Assembly: GCA_951406725.2 (NCBI GenBank)
Contig: OX597815.1
Location: 214,458,001 to 214,522,000 of the forward strand
DNA from: Octopus vulgaris
Taxonomy: Eukaryota
Length of the DNA stretch: 64,000 nucleotides
Direction of reading: 5' to 3'
Both the position numbers and the translations under genes were made by a program. Positions 53,200 to 64,000 of the stretch are shown piece after piece. Within the stretch, counting starts at the first letter, position 1, and each line of letters opens with the position of its first letter. The notes below the pieces were generated by a model, which made no database searches, had not been told where the DNA came from, and was given only the letters and a program-made list of their open reading frames with translations.

Positions 53200-53590
53200 A
53201 ACGGTGCGAGCTGGCAGAGTGGTTAGCACGCCAGGCGAAATGCGTAGCCGTATTTTTTCTGCCGTTACGTTCTGAGTTCAAATTCGACTTTACCTTTCAT
53301 CCTTTCCGGGTCGATAAATTAAGTACCAGTTACGCACTGGGGTCGATGTAATCGACTTAATCCGTTTGTCTGTCTTTGTTTGTCCCCTCTGTGTTTAGCC
53401 CCTTGTGGGTAGTAAAGAAATAGGTATTTCGTCTGCCGCTACGTTCTGAGTTCAAATTCCACCGAGGTCGACTTTGCCTTTCATTCTTTCGGGGTCGTTA
53501 AAATAATTACCAGTGAAACACTGGGGTCGATGTAATCGACTAGCCCCTTCCCCCAAAAGATCAGGCCTTGTGCCTGTAGTAGAAAGGATA
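53200..53590 (+). mobile_element. Family-A SINE dimer
   Basis: Head, body and tail 1, followed directly by gtatttcgtc-body and tail 2. Confidence 0.9.
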
Positions 53591-53749
53591 TTATGTAAAT
53601 TAACAGAAGTAAGGAATTAAGGAATAAATGTGATCAATGTCGGTCAGGCTTCTCTCAGAAATGTCTCACCCCTTGCAGGAACTGCAGAAGTTACTCAGAA
53701 ATGTTGCAAGCCTTTCTAAACCCATCACAGTCAACGACACTATAGAGAG

Positions 53750-53960
53750 CCCTTCCGTATCGTCAGTAGATATCCGAGCTCACAAGCCAGTACGCTTCCC
53801 TTAAGTGGGGCGGTGAGGACTGAAGAAGTCTTCGCCTGCGGAAGGCTTCCACTTGAGGTCTTTTATCAACCATAACCACCTTGAACTAGTTTCAACAAGT
53901 GTTCCCATCTCCTTGGTGGTTTTCCTCAGATGTTTGGGTAACAGCACAATAGCACAGCGC
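53750..53960 (-). pseudogene. HERO/NeSL-like LINE 3' fragment
   Basis: LRKTTKEMGTLVETSSRWLWLIKDLKW resembles the AExxSRWLWLKR..W C-terminus of HERO-type elements (from memory). Confidence 0.5.
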
Positions 53961-54488
53961 TCTAGCTGGAAAATAGCATCATCCGACTTCAACAGGTATC
54001 GATGCTGCGTACCATCCCTTGACAAGGAACTCATCAACCAACTCCTAAACACCAACTTTGCTTGTTTTGCTTCTTCAGTCTCCAACTTCCTTGTCATTGT
54101 AGCGTTAATACAGAAACTATTATTATTAATTATCGAAGAGAAACTTGATACTTCTTCTCATATATAATACAAGCTGACCAATGGCGTTAATTTATGTTTA
54201 GGCATCTTCTGTTTCCTTTGCTTTTTTATTTGTTTTGATTTTCTTGACAACTATTTTAACAGTTTTATAGGTGTTCATTTGACTATTTTTTATTTTTGTT
54301 TTTGTTTAGTTTCACCAATATGTAATTTATGTATTCGTTTACGGTTGTGTTTATTGCACTTTTAGTTTAAAGCTCTTCGAGTATAGTTAATTGGCCATAA
54401 ACTACAATTCCGCTTGACAAACTTAATAGGAATTTTGTCAACAAACTCTGACTTTGATGAAATAGATTCTTCACAATCACATATAATG

Positions 54489-54548
<60 letters not shown>

Positions 54549-54856
54549 CACTGCATTTATACATGTTTATAGAAATGTGCTTATTTCTGCAACGTTGTAT
54601 TTGCACAAACAGAACGGCGCAAAATGTATGGATGTTCACTGATTTTATTGTTTCGCATTCGCAGACATTTATGTGTGTGTGTGTGTGTGTGTGTGTGTCT
54701 ACGTGCGTGCATGTATGTGTATGCGTGTATGTGTAAGCGTTCACAAGGGAGGCCGAAAGAGAGAGAGACCCCTGCTGTTACATTCTGTCCCTTAGAGGAG
54801 AATTAAGTGTTAAAAATGTCGTTGTCCACACACACATGATATGATGCAAATGCATA

Positions 54857-54913
<57 letters not shown>

Positions 54914-54919
54914 TCTCTT

Positions 54920-55045
54920 TCTCGCTTTTACTTGTTTCAGTCATGTGACTGTGGCCATGCTGGAGCACCGCCTTAAGTCGGACTGAACCCGAAACCATGT
55001 GGCTCGTAAGCAAGCTACTTATCACACAGCCACTCCTATGCCGAA
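54920..55045 (-). mobile_element. Internally deleted family-C SINE
   Basis: Head joined directly to the tail gcggtgctccagcatggcc. Confidence 0.75.
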
Positions 55046-55426
55046 AGGCATAGATAAGCAAACTTATCGTAGATTGGAAAAAAGGATGAAGAGCCATAAT
55101 CGATTATTCATCTCTCATTGAGGTCTCATCAGAAGTATCTACACCACTTGACCAATCCGAGAGATATAAGCAAACTGCCTGTTTATGTATACAATAAAGC
55201 CAGAAACCTATGAGAACGAGGGTTACTCATTTGCATACCATAAGTGTTTATCAATTTATTTTTATTATCAGCGACCAGTGAACGAGGATCTCAGTCCACA
55301 GAGTATCGAGTTATGTTAAATGTAAACCTACATAGTAGACATACAAAGATGGGGAATTTAACTTCTCATATACTCATTTACAGACTCATATACTTATTTA
55401 CAGACTGTATGAGTAAAATTATATCT

Positions 55427-55625
55427 GGATCTTTTCCTTTTGATGGCCAGATTTCAACACAATTTCTAGTTAACTAAACACTTTAAAACTTCGTATACTG
55501 GTAGAATGTGTCAAAAGAAAACATTATTTTCACTTGGCTTTTTTGATAAATTTGTAATTCGTTTGTTTAACGTAGTTTAATTTTTCGAATTTTAACCAAT
55601 CCTATGCATCAAAAGGAAAAGATCC
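55427..55625. mobile_element. 199-bp MITE, 19-bp TIRs, 8-bp TSD (Merlin-like family)
   Basis: TIR GGATCTTTTCCTTTTGATG perfect; TSD ttatatct at 55419-55426 and 55626-55633; shares aaacttcgtatactggtagaatgtgt with 16165 and 20458. Confidence 0.93.
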
Positions 55626-56224
55626 TTATATCTAACCGTATAACCAACACCACGCGGAACAGAAACTGTGTAAAAACCTCTAAAATTTCCACAAAACTCA
55701 CGAAAATGAAGCAAAAGCAAGCAACAAGAGTACAAAGCACGAATATTAACAACAAGCAAAGACCTGACAACAGAATGAAATCCAGTTGAATACATCTGCC
55801 GTCTAACAAATATTATCGTGATTTCGACACTTAAAGTTTGATCACTACTTCCGTTGGGGTAAAAGGGCCTTAGAAGAAGATCAAAAGATGTAAATATACC
55901 AAACAAATGCTTGTACCGGCTCCAAAATTATGAATATGCATATTTAAAACATCAACACGTACAGCACAATTGAAACGTTAATAGGTTATACACTATTAGG
56001 TCACCATTAGTATTTTAGGTCACCATTAGTATTTCAACGTAACATTATATGTCTTTATATACTGGTTTCAAATTTTGGCATAAGGCCAGCAATTTCCCTC
56101 GACAATATTAATTGGTACTATAGTAAATTATAAATGTTATAAATGTTCTTTACCACACCAAACTTTATCCCTAGTGGGTACAAATTTTAGTACTTTTCAC
56201 TTTTTTTCATATAACATTCACTGA

Positions 56225-56620
56225 CGGGATGACAGAACTGTTAGCACGTCAGATAAAACGCTTAGACGATCTGGGTTCAAATTCCACAGAGGTCGGCTTT
56301 GACTTTCAACCTATCGGGGTTGATAAAATAAGTATCTGTTGAGCAGGGGTCAAACTAGTCGACTAGACCCTCTTCCAAAATTTCAGCTCATGTGCCTATA
56401 ATAAAAAGGATTATTGTTGTTGTTATTATTAAGCACTCCGGATGAAATGCTTAGCGGCATTTCTTTCTGCTTTACGTTCTGAGTTCAAATGCTACCGAAG
56501 TCGACTTTGCTTCCATCCTTTCGCGATCGATAAAATAAATACAAGTTAAGTACTTGGAGTCGATTTAATCAAATTATCACCTCCCACCAAACTGCTGGCC
56601 TTGTACCAAAATTTGAAACC
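56225..56620 (+). mobile_element. Two old family-A SINEs
   Basis: Family-A body motifs twice. Confidence 0.8.
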
Positions 56621-57244
56621 ATTTTTCTTTACGTTTCAAAATTGTACTATGGGCAAAATCTTCTTTGTTTGACTATAAATAGTTTGAAGCAAAACAGAAC
56701 CCCCCCCCCATTTTTGCGTAAATATAGGTTACCTGATTCCAGCAACAATTAAATCAATTTTATTTGATAGTACAAGCCTTTCTCTTCTCCCTTAAAGACG
56801 AAAGATCAAAACTACGTGTACAAAGTATCGAATCAAAAGAACCTGATCAAAGAGTACAGTTTCCAACTTTATTGACACTCTATTGGACAATAATAGTAAT
56901 CAATAATCGATTGATGGTGACCTTACAATCTCACTAAATGACTTCAATTACTGTTTTACTCAAAAGAATTGATCAAATAAAAGGTTCTCTAGCCAAAGGT
57001 AATCCAGACAAAAATGAGACGAGAAGATTCAAGAAATCAAAGACACTTGAACATAAATTCTTCCTTAGACGATAATATTAAACATTATGAAGCGCTATAA
57101 ACGGTTGATGTGACTCTGCCAGATCGATATAATTCTAGAATCAAAATAGCCTTTTCGGTTTGTGTTCGATATTTTTTATTAAAGATGAAATTTTGGATGG
57201 ATATAGTCTTTTTTCAACGAACATCAATTAATATATTTTACTTA

Positions 57245-57764
57245 CCGTAAATCCTCGAGTATAGTCCGCCCTTGAGTATGATACCCAGGGGTTTTTTACG
57301 GGGCTGTACCTCTGAAAAACCTAAACCTTGTGTATAATACGTACCCCTTCTCTAACTTGAGTCAAGGAGATCTAATTACGTCCTTGGTTTGTAAAAATGT
57401 ATATGGTAACGTCCTTTATTATTATTGTACATATGACATATTGCAAACATGTAGCTTTTTGGAGCATTTTGTTTGCAGAAAATAAAGAAATAACAGTAAT
57501 AAAAGTAATAACGTTTAATAAATGTTGCTTACTGCAAGTTATGGATGATTCTTTTATGACTTCGTTGCTTTCAGGCTTAGCTTAAGGTATTTTCGTGCCC
57601 GACATCACAAAATGCGTCTGAATAAACATTGCCGGAGAGCAAATAGAGACTCGGACATTGCTTAGAAAATAATTTTAATTTTTAACCTCGTATATAGTAC
57701 GCACTAGGAATTTTGACCTTTAAATTTTGGGAAAAAAATGCGGATTATACTCGAGGATTTAGGG
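57245..57764. mobile_element. 520-bp Tc2/pogo-like MITE
   Basis: TIR CCGTAAATCCTCGAGTATAGTCCGC (2 mismatches), TA on both sides. Confidence 0.88.
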
Positions 57765-57891
57765 TATTCAAATTCGTTGACATCGTCAAAGAAGTAATTG
57801 TATCAGTTATCATATATAACCTGTCAGCAATCTCTTATTCCACTCTCGTCTGAATCAATACATTTTCGTCTGTTTCTGAAAATATCTCAGA

Positions 57892-58100
57892 GTTTCTGGG
57901 TCTTCATACACAACACCTTTAACCAGACGAGCACATCCTCTATGAAACCTTAGAAAAACCATGTAATTAAAGCATAACTGCCTTTTGCTGCAAGTTTTAT
58001 ATACCAGATAACGTTTCTGGATATTCGTACACAAAATCTAGAGTCAGACGTATACATCCTCCATGAAGCCTTAAAAACACCATCTAATGAAGGCATAACT
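57892..58100 (+). repeat. Diverged ~120-bp-period tandem duplication
   Basis: gtttctgg...cagacg...catcctc.atgaa.cctta...gcataact occurs twice. Confidence 0.7.
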
Positions 58101-59762
58101 CTTTAATGTCATTGATAAGCCTCAAAACACAAACGCAATATATTTCAAAATGCACCACGCCCTAATAGCTCGCGAATATTATTGCAGTCAAAACTATTGC
58201 ACTCCCTAAATTCCGTGACTTCTTATCTCTGATGATTCTCTTTCTGACCACACATAATATATAGTCAAGCGCGCCTCATCAAAGTTTGTATTCTTTTCAG
58301 GAGTACTGTGGTCCCAAACAGTAGGTGAGTCGATAGAAAACTTTGTTTCACACCACACTAGAGTATTGCTTGCACTCCTGGTAGGAAACACTGAACATAC
58401 AATTTCCTATTGCGAACTTTATCAACAAAAAGGAATCAATGATAAACAAGCATTTTCTTATTTAATAACGAGCCGATGAAAGCGTTTCTATGTATTACTC
58501 TCTTGCTATAAATAGCAGTCAAATTTTCCCCGAAGTACACTTTTCTGTTTTAGGAAAGAGACGGCTACATTAGGTAATGTAGTTCTAGACGTCTCTCAAG
58601 GAACGGCATGATCACTGATGGAATGCCTTCGTTTGTAGGTCTGCCTGATTAGAGTCGACAAGGGTACTTTATTCATTGATCCCGACAGATGATAAGCTGA
58701 ATTCAGAGTATAGAGATCCGGAACGAATACCGTAAGGCGTTCTATCGGAAGCTCAAACGATTCTGCCAACAGGTTGCCTTATGCCTTAGACAAGATCCTC
58801 TGAAATGAGTGCTGTTCAGCAAAGGCATCGCTAAGTTATGTAATATTGTCAGTTTCTTTACTACATTGTTGAGTTCTATGGAGTCAATTTTATCTTAAGA
58901 AAAAGATTTGCCTGTCTGAAACGTTTTTGTTCAATTTGTTCGATTCGTCTCTCGATCATAAACATCTAATCAATAAACTAACCATTAAAGCCATATTCTC
59001 TATTCAATATTTTTGCTTTTACGAAGCGGTAATGAAATCATTTTGTACACCAAATGATATAATTTTGCAATTACTTAGACTTAACAATCATTAAGTGAAA
59101 GCTGAATTGACATTTTAATAGTTAAAAGTTGTTAAAAGTTTAACACTTGAGATTATTTCCTGCGAGCAAAGAAGTCATCTAAAAATAATGGATTGGTGTC
59201 ATTAAGGAACATGTCTGTCTGTCTTGTTAGTTGAACACACAAAGAAGAAAGGTTTCAATTTATTCTTCAATCCTAATACAATGCTCTTATCTTATAAATT
59301 TCCACTTTCTTTACACAATATATAAATCTGCTTCCCCACACATTTCTCTTGTGAGTGCAAATGCTTCTAGACCCCAATAACGTTATCTGGCGCTCCGTCG
59401 GTTACGATGACAAGGGTTCCAGTGGATACGATCAACGGAACAGCGCGATCGTGAAATTAACTGGCTCTACAAAATACAGGTACGATTCATTTTTACCAGC
59501 TGAGTGGATTGGAGCAACGTGAAATAGAATATCTAGCTCAAAGACACAATGGATCCCCCACCCCACCGGGAATCAAACTCACGATCGTGAGCCGCATCCC
59601 CTGGCCACAGAGCCACACACGTTCGGGCTTCAGAAATATAACCGCACTGAGATATTAAGTTCCATTCTAAATTAATGCGGAAATATTGACCGCAAATATT
59701 TCACACTATCATTTTTCAAGCATGGATGATACACATGTTATCATCTGTGTAATCATAGCAAG

Positions 59763-60079
59763 GTGGAGGCGCAATGGCCCAGTGTTTAGGGCAACGGACT
59801 CGCGGTCGGAGGATCGCGGATTCGATTCCGAGACCGGGCGTCGTGTGTGTTTATCGAGCGAAAACACCTAAAAGCTCCATGCGGCCCCGGCAGAGGGTGG
59901 GCGACTCTTGTTGTACTCTTTCGCCCCAACCTTCTCTCACTCTTTCTTACTGTTTCTTGAGTAACGCTGTGATGGACTGGCGTCCCGTCTAGCTGGGTGG
60001 TTGGGGGGAATACATACGCCACAGAAACCGGGAAGCCGGGCCCATGAGCCTGGTTAGGCTTGAAAAGGGCGCAAATAAG
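59763..60079 (+). mobile_element. Full-length family-B SINE with 11-bp TSD
   Basis: TSD atcatagcaag at 59752-59762 and 60080-60090. Confidence 0.92.
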
Positions 60080-60369
60080 ATCATAGCAAGACGCCTAGAG
60101 TAAATGTACATTATGTTATTTCCACATACAGAAGATAATGTATGAGATTTAAAATTTAGTAAATGACACACATTGTCTTATTTTACGTCTGCTATCTCTG
60201 GTCAGTGAGAATAGTTTGAGTCCTTCAGCTATTATCACCTGTGCTTTAAAATTTTCTTTCGGTTTAAGGTGAATCAAACGAAGAAACAATCACTTTTTTA
60301 CCAAATAAGATTTTCAAATACTTAGCGATCATAATATAGATTAGCGTGTCTAAAACCCGGGACACCTTC

Positions 60370-61170
60370 CTAATAAAGCCTGAAATATTGACAAAGGGGG
60401 CTCATCGAATACATCGACCTCACTGTTCAACAGCTACTTATTTTATCGACCTCGAAAGGATGAAAGGTAAAGTCGACCTCAGCGGAATTTGAACCCAGAA
60501 CGTGAAGATGAGCGAAAGGATGAAAGGTAAAGTCGACCTCAGCGGAATTTGAACCCAGAACGTGAAGATGAGCGAAATGACGTTAGGTATTTTACCCGGC
60601 GTGTTAGAGTCTTAATAATTGTTTCTACTACATGTACAAGGCTTGAAATACTGTGGGAGGAGACTAACCGATTAAATCGACCTCTGCTCTTAAGGTCAAG
60701 TCGACCTTGGTGGAATTTGAACTCAGAACATAAAAAGTCAGAAGAAATGCCGCAGAAGTCGCCTTAATAATATCGGTTTCAAATTTTGGCACTAGGCCAG
60801 AAATTTTGGGGGAAGAGTAAGTTGATTATATCGACACGAATTGGTACTTACCTTACCCAACCCCAATTGGATGAAAAACAAAGTCAATCGCGGCGGAATT
60901 CGAACTCAGAACGGAGCGAGTCTGGAAGAATGCCGCGAACCATTTTGTGCGGCATGCTAACGATTTTGCCAGTTAGCCACCTTAATAGTCCTTTCTACTA
61001 TAAGCACAAAGTCCTGAAATATTGTGGGAAGGGACCAGTCGATTAAATCGCCCCTGTGCTTAACTCGTACTTATTTCATTGACCGCGAAAAGATGAAAGG
61101 CAAAGTCGACCTCGGCGGGATTTGAACTCAGAACGCAACAAGCCAGAAGAAATGACGCAGATGCCGCCTA
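60370..61170 (-). mobile_element. Tandem cluster of family-A SINEs
   Basis: Four to five family-A bodies in one orientation; perfect 60-bp tandem at 60453-60577. Confidence 0.85.
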
Positions 61171-61592
61171 AATAATATTGACAAGATTGGTTCTTGTTTT
61201 ACTGCTACAGTTTCTATCAAGTAAGTAATCAATTCCGTCTAACTTAGAGACTTCAGGTGTCTCCATTTCCGAAAACAACGATTCAATTTCCTTATTATGC
61301 AACTAGACACCCAGAAACAAATCAAACGCCAAATACTGTACAATGCAGGTGATCACAAACATCGACTGAATTCAATTTATTAAAGTCTACCATGGTTCTG
61401 ATTCGGTGGCAATATTGGAAACGAATGAAGTTTACGGAAATTGTTGCGTATATCATAAGAGCTGTAAATGATCACAGCCTTTCATGGTTCTTCAATTCCA
61501 TTTAATCTATCTTTATAGTTATAGTTATATACATGTACAACTTCATGTATGTATCAGTATGCAGTCTGTAAAGCCATGTTTATATATTAAAG

Positions 61593-61648
<56 letters not shown>

Positions 61649-62739
61649 TGCATTTGCCAATACCGTATGTGTTTATGAATGCAACTCTTTCTGTTAACAT
61701 TATCTGTTACTGCTAACTTATGTGTGTAGTAGCATTCCTCTTCGTTACGATGATTCTTAGCAAAATCGATGAAGCCTGAAATATTTTGGCAGCCGATCCA
61801 GCTATTGACCAGTTAATAATTCAAAATTTTTCAAAACTCGTTATTTCCAATGTCTAATCTATAATCGAAAAACGAACAGCGAAGCCTAAATTACTATTAA
61901 ATATATTTAAACAGTACGAATATCTTTATCATGTGTACATACTTTAGACTTATACCACCTGCCATATAGGATTAAATTTTATTATAACATCGCCATTTCG
62001 AAAGACATATTTTACATCCTGTCTATGTTTTTATTTATTACTTTTTACTTTGAACATTCAAGCATACGTGAGGAAGGTTGTAATGACCTTGCTTCTGAAG
62101 CTCAGATTTATTTGTGTCGACTAAATACTGACACAACTAATTCTATTATTACATAGTCAAGTTCGAGTTATATATTAATATATATATTATTATACTGCTA
62201 CAAGTATTAAATGGTTACTTAAAAATAATTACGCAATGAAGAAAAAACATTAGATTTAACAGATACTATTAACGTGGCTACGCATTTTTCTTTATGCAGA
62301 TGGTGTCTTTGGGTAATTCTCTCATTAATCGATTCTCTTTCAACTCTTCTTTAAAATATAAAAAAAATCCAGTTACAATCACTCAAGAGACGTTTACAAA
62401 AAGCATTGATCAAATTCCCCTGCAATTTTCCCAAATACTTTAGACGAAGCAGAAAGTTTTCCTGTCGTCATCTCTGTCACTGTCCTGTTACTTGGGCCTT
62501 AGTGTACACCGGTCAGTTGGTGACCCTTGACCCTATATAAACATTTCTATTGCATGATATAATTTGTACCTTGCCAACTCAGTTGCCATGCATAAATATC
62601 AGATTGTATCCTTTTGCTCATAGTGCGTAGCTTCGATCTACAGATTTCTGGATTAAGCACGCTTCCACGGCGTCACTCTGTTCAACGAGTGATTAGAAAA
62701 ATATATAACGTATTTCATTCATTGTCTGTTTTGGGTTAC

Positions 62740-63150
62740 GTTACTTCTATCGCATCATACATCATATGGTATTTATTTCTGTCTATGCACTGGACCGTGT
62801 CAAATGTCATTAGTTCGTCCGTCGTTGGCACCTCTGTCAGCGCAGCTTCGCCAAGAATGGCGGTCTTCTGCTTGTATTTCGCAGGTATTACGGCTGATCT
62901 CAAAGCTCTTCAATGAAGCTTTGAGTCTGTCCTTGAAGCGCTGTTTCTGTCTACCTTGCATGTGTTTAATTTTTGATAATTCACTTTAAAACAGTTTCTT
63001 GAGGAATTGCGAGTCAAGCATTCAAACAAGGTGGTCTGCTTACCTGACCCGTGCTCTCTTCAGCAGTGTGTAAATGCTTGACAGACCAGCTCGCGAGAGA
63101 ACCTGTGTCTAGGACCTTCACTCGCCACCTGATTTTCTACAGCTTTCTTG
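62740..63150 (-). pseudogene. RTE (BovB-like) LINE 3' fragment
   Basis: KIRWRVKV..VLSRAGLSSIYTLL...DHLV.M...GRQKQRFKDRLKASLKSFEI...AEDRHSWR. Confidence 0.8.
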
Positions 63151-63191
63151 GGCAGTTCATTTAGTAACTACAATACAAACACGCACACATG

Positions 63192-63290
<99 letters not shown>

Positions 63291-64000
63291 ATATAGCAAA
63301 TCAAGAGTTGTAAAGTATATAAAGTATATATAAAGTATATAAAAACAAGAGTTGTAAAATATATAAAATATTTTATACAGTGCAAACGCTGTGATATCGA
63401 ACTTATACCTTGGTTAGAGTAAGATGTGTATATTATACCAGGCGTTTATAGTCTACAGTAAAATTCGCGTTTAGCTGTGTTTATCAATGTGCGTGTGTGC
63501 ACATTTATACATAAATATATACCATACAATAATTACACGTGAATTTTGATAGATAGATAGACAGACAGATAGTTAGATAGATAGATGAGTGTGTATATAT
63601 GATATTTAGTAGCATTAGTATCGTCAGGTCACCAGGAGTTTGAGTTCATTTGTACTTCACGCCTGTCATTAAACTTATATTAATCCTCAATTAGACCTTA
63701 GTTTAATTGTATTTAGGCTTCATAGGATTAAAACCGAAATGTCTTTATTTTTAGAAAGTGATAAAATATTATAAGTGAGAGTAGCCAACTGTTTTTTTTT
63801 ATATATATATTAACTATTTTATTACATTACCTTATATTCTATTATTTACTCACACCTATTTTTTTGTGCATACATTTTTATTATGTGATATTTGTTCTCA
63901 CAAGAACAGAGATATTGGCTAATTACTTTTTAATTAAATTTTGGAAATGCGATCAGTTTCAACAACAATGAAAGTAATACCGTCTTCATTAACTGTTATG

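Overview
AT-rich eukaryotic non-coding DNA (intron or intergenic) almost entirely made of microsatellites, tRNA-derived SINEs and decayed transposons. The repeat style suggests an octopus/cephalopod genome (inference). No intact host gene, rRNA, true tRNA or CRISPR is supportable, and most long ORFs in the track are microsatellite artefacts. Three things stand out. (1) At least six type-I hammerhead-ribozyme motifs (17530, 23076, 50092, 50586, 51819, 51949) lie in short non-coding Penelope/retrozyme-like elements next to (TA)n tracts. Two of these elements are fold-backs with a hammerhead on each strand, and most share an unusual purine-purine juxtaposition at the base of stem II. (2) A complete 2.17-kb ORF1-only (HAL1-like) retroelement sits inside a SINE with a 12-bp TSD, and older relatives lie nearby. 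(3) A GGATC-ended MITE family with 8-bp TSDs (Merlin-like) occurs as 199, 458 and 882 bp forms, the larger two carrying telomere-like (TTAGGG)n and the largest being a full palindrome. Also present: Dong/R4-like, RTE and HERO-like LINE fragments, Helitrons (RepHel fragment and non-autonomous copies), a DD37D/maT transposase fragment, a Tc2/pogo-like MITE and two weak exon candidates. All alignments were done by eye, and novelty could not be checked against databases.
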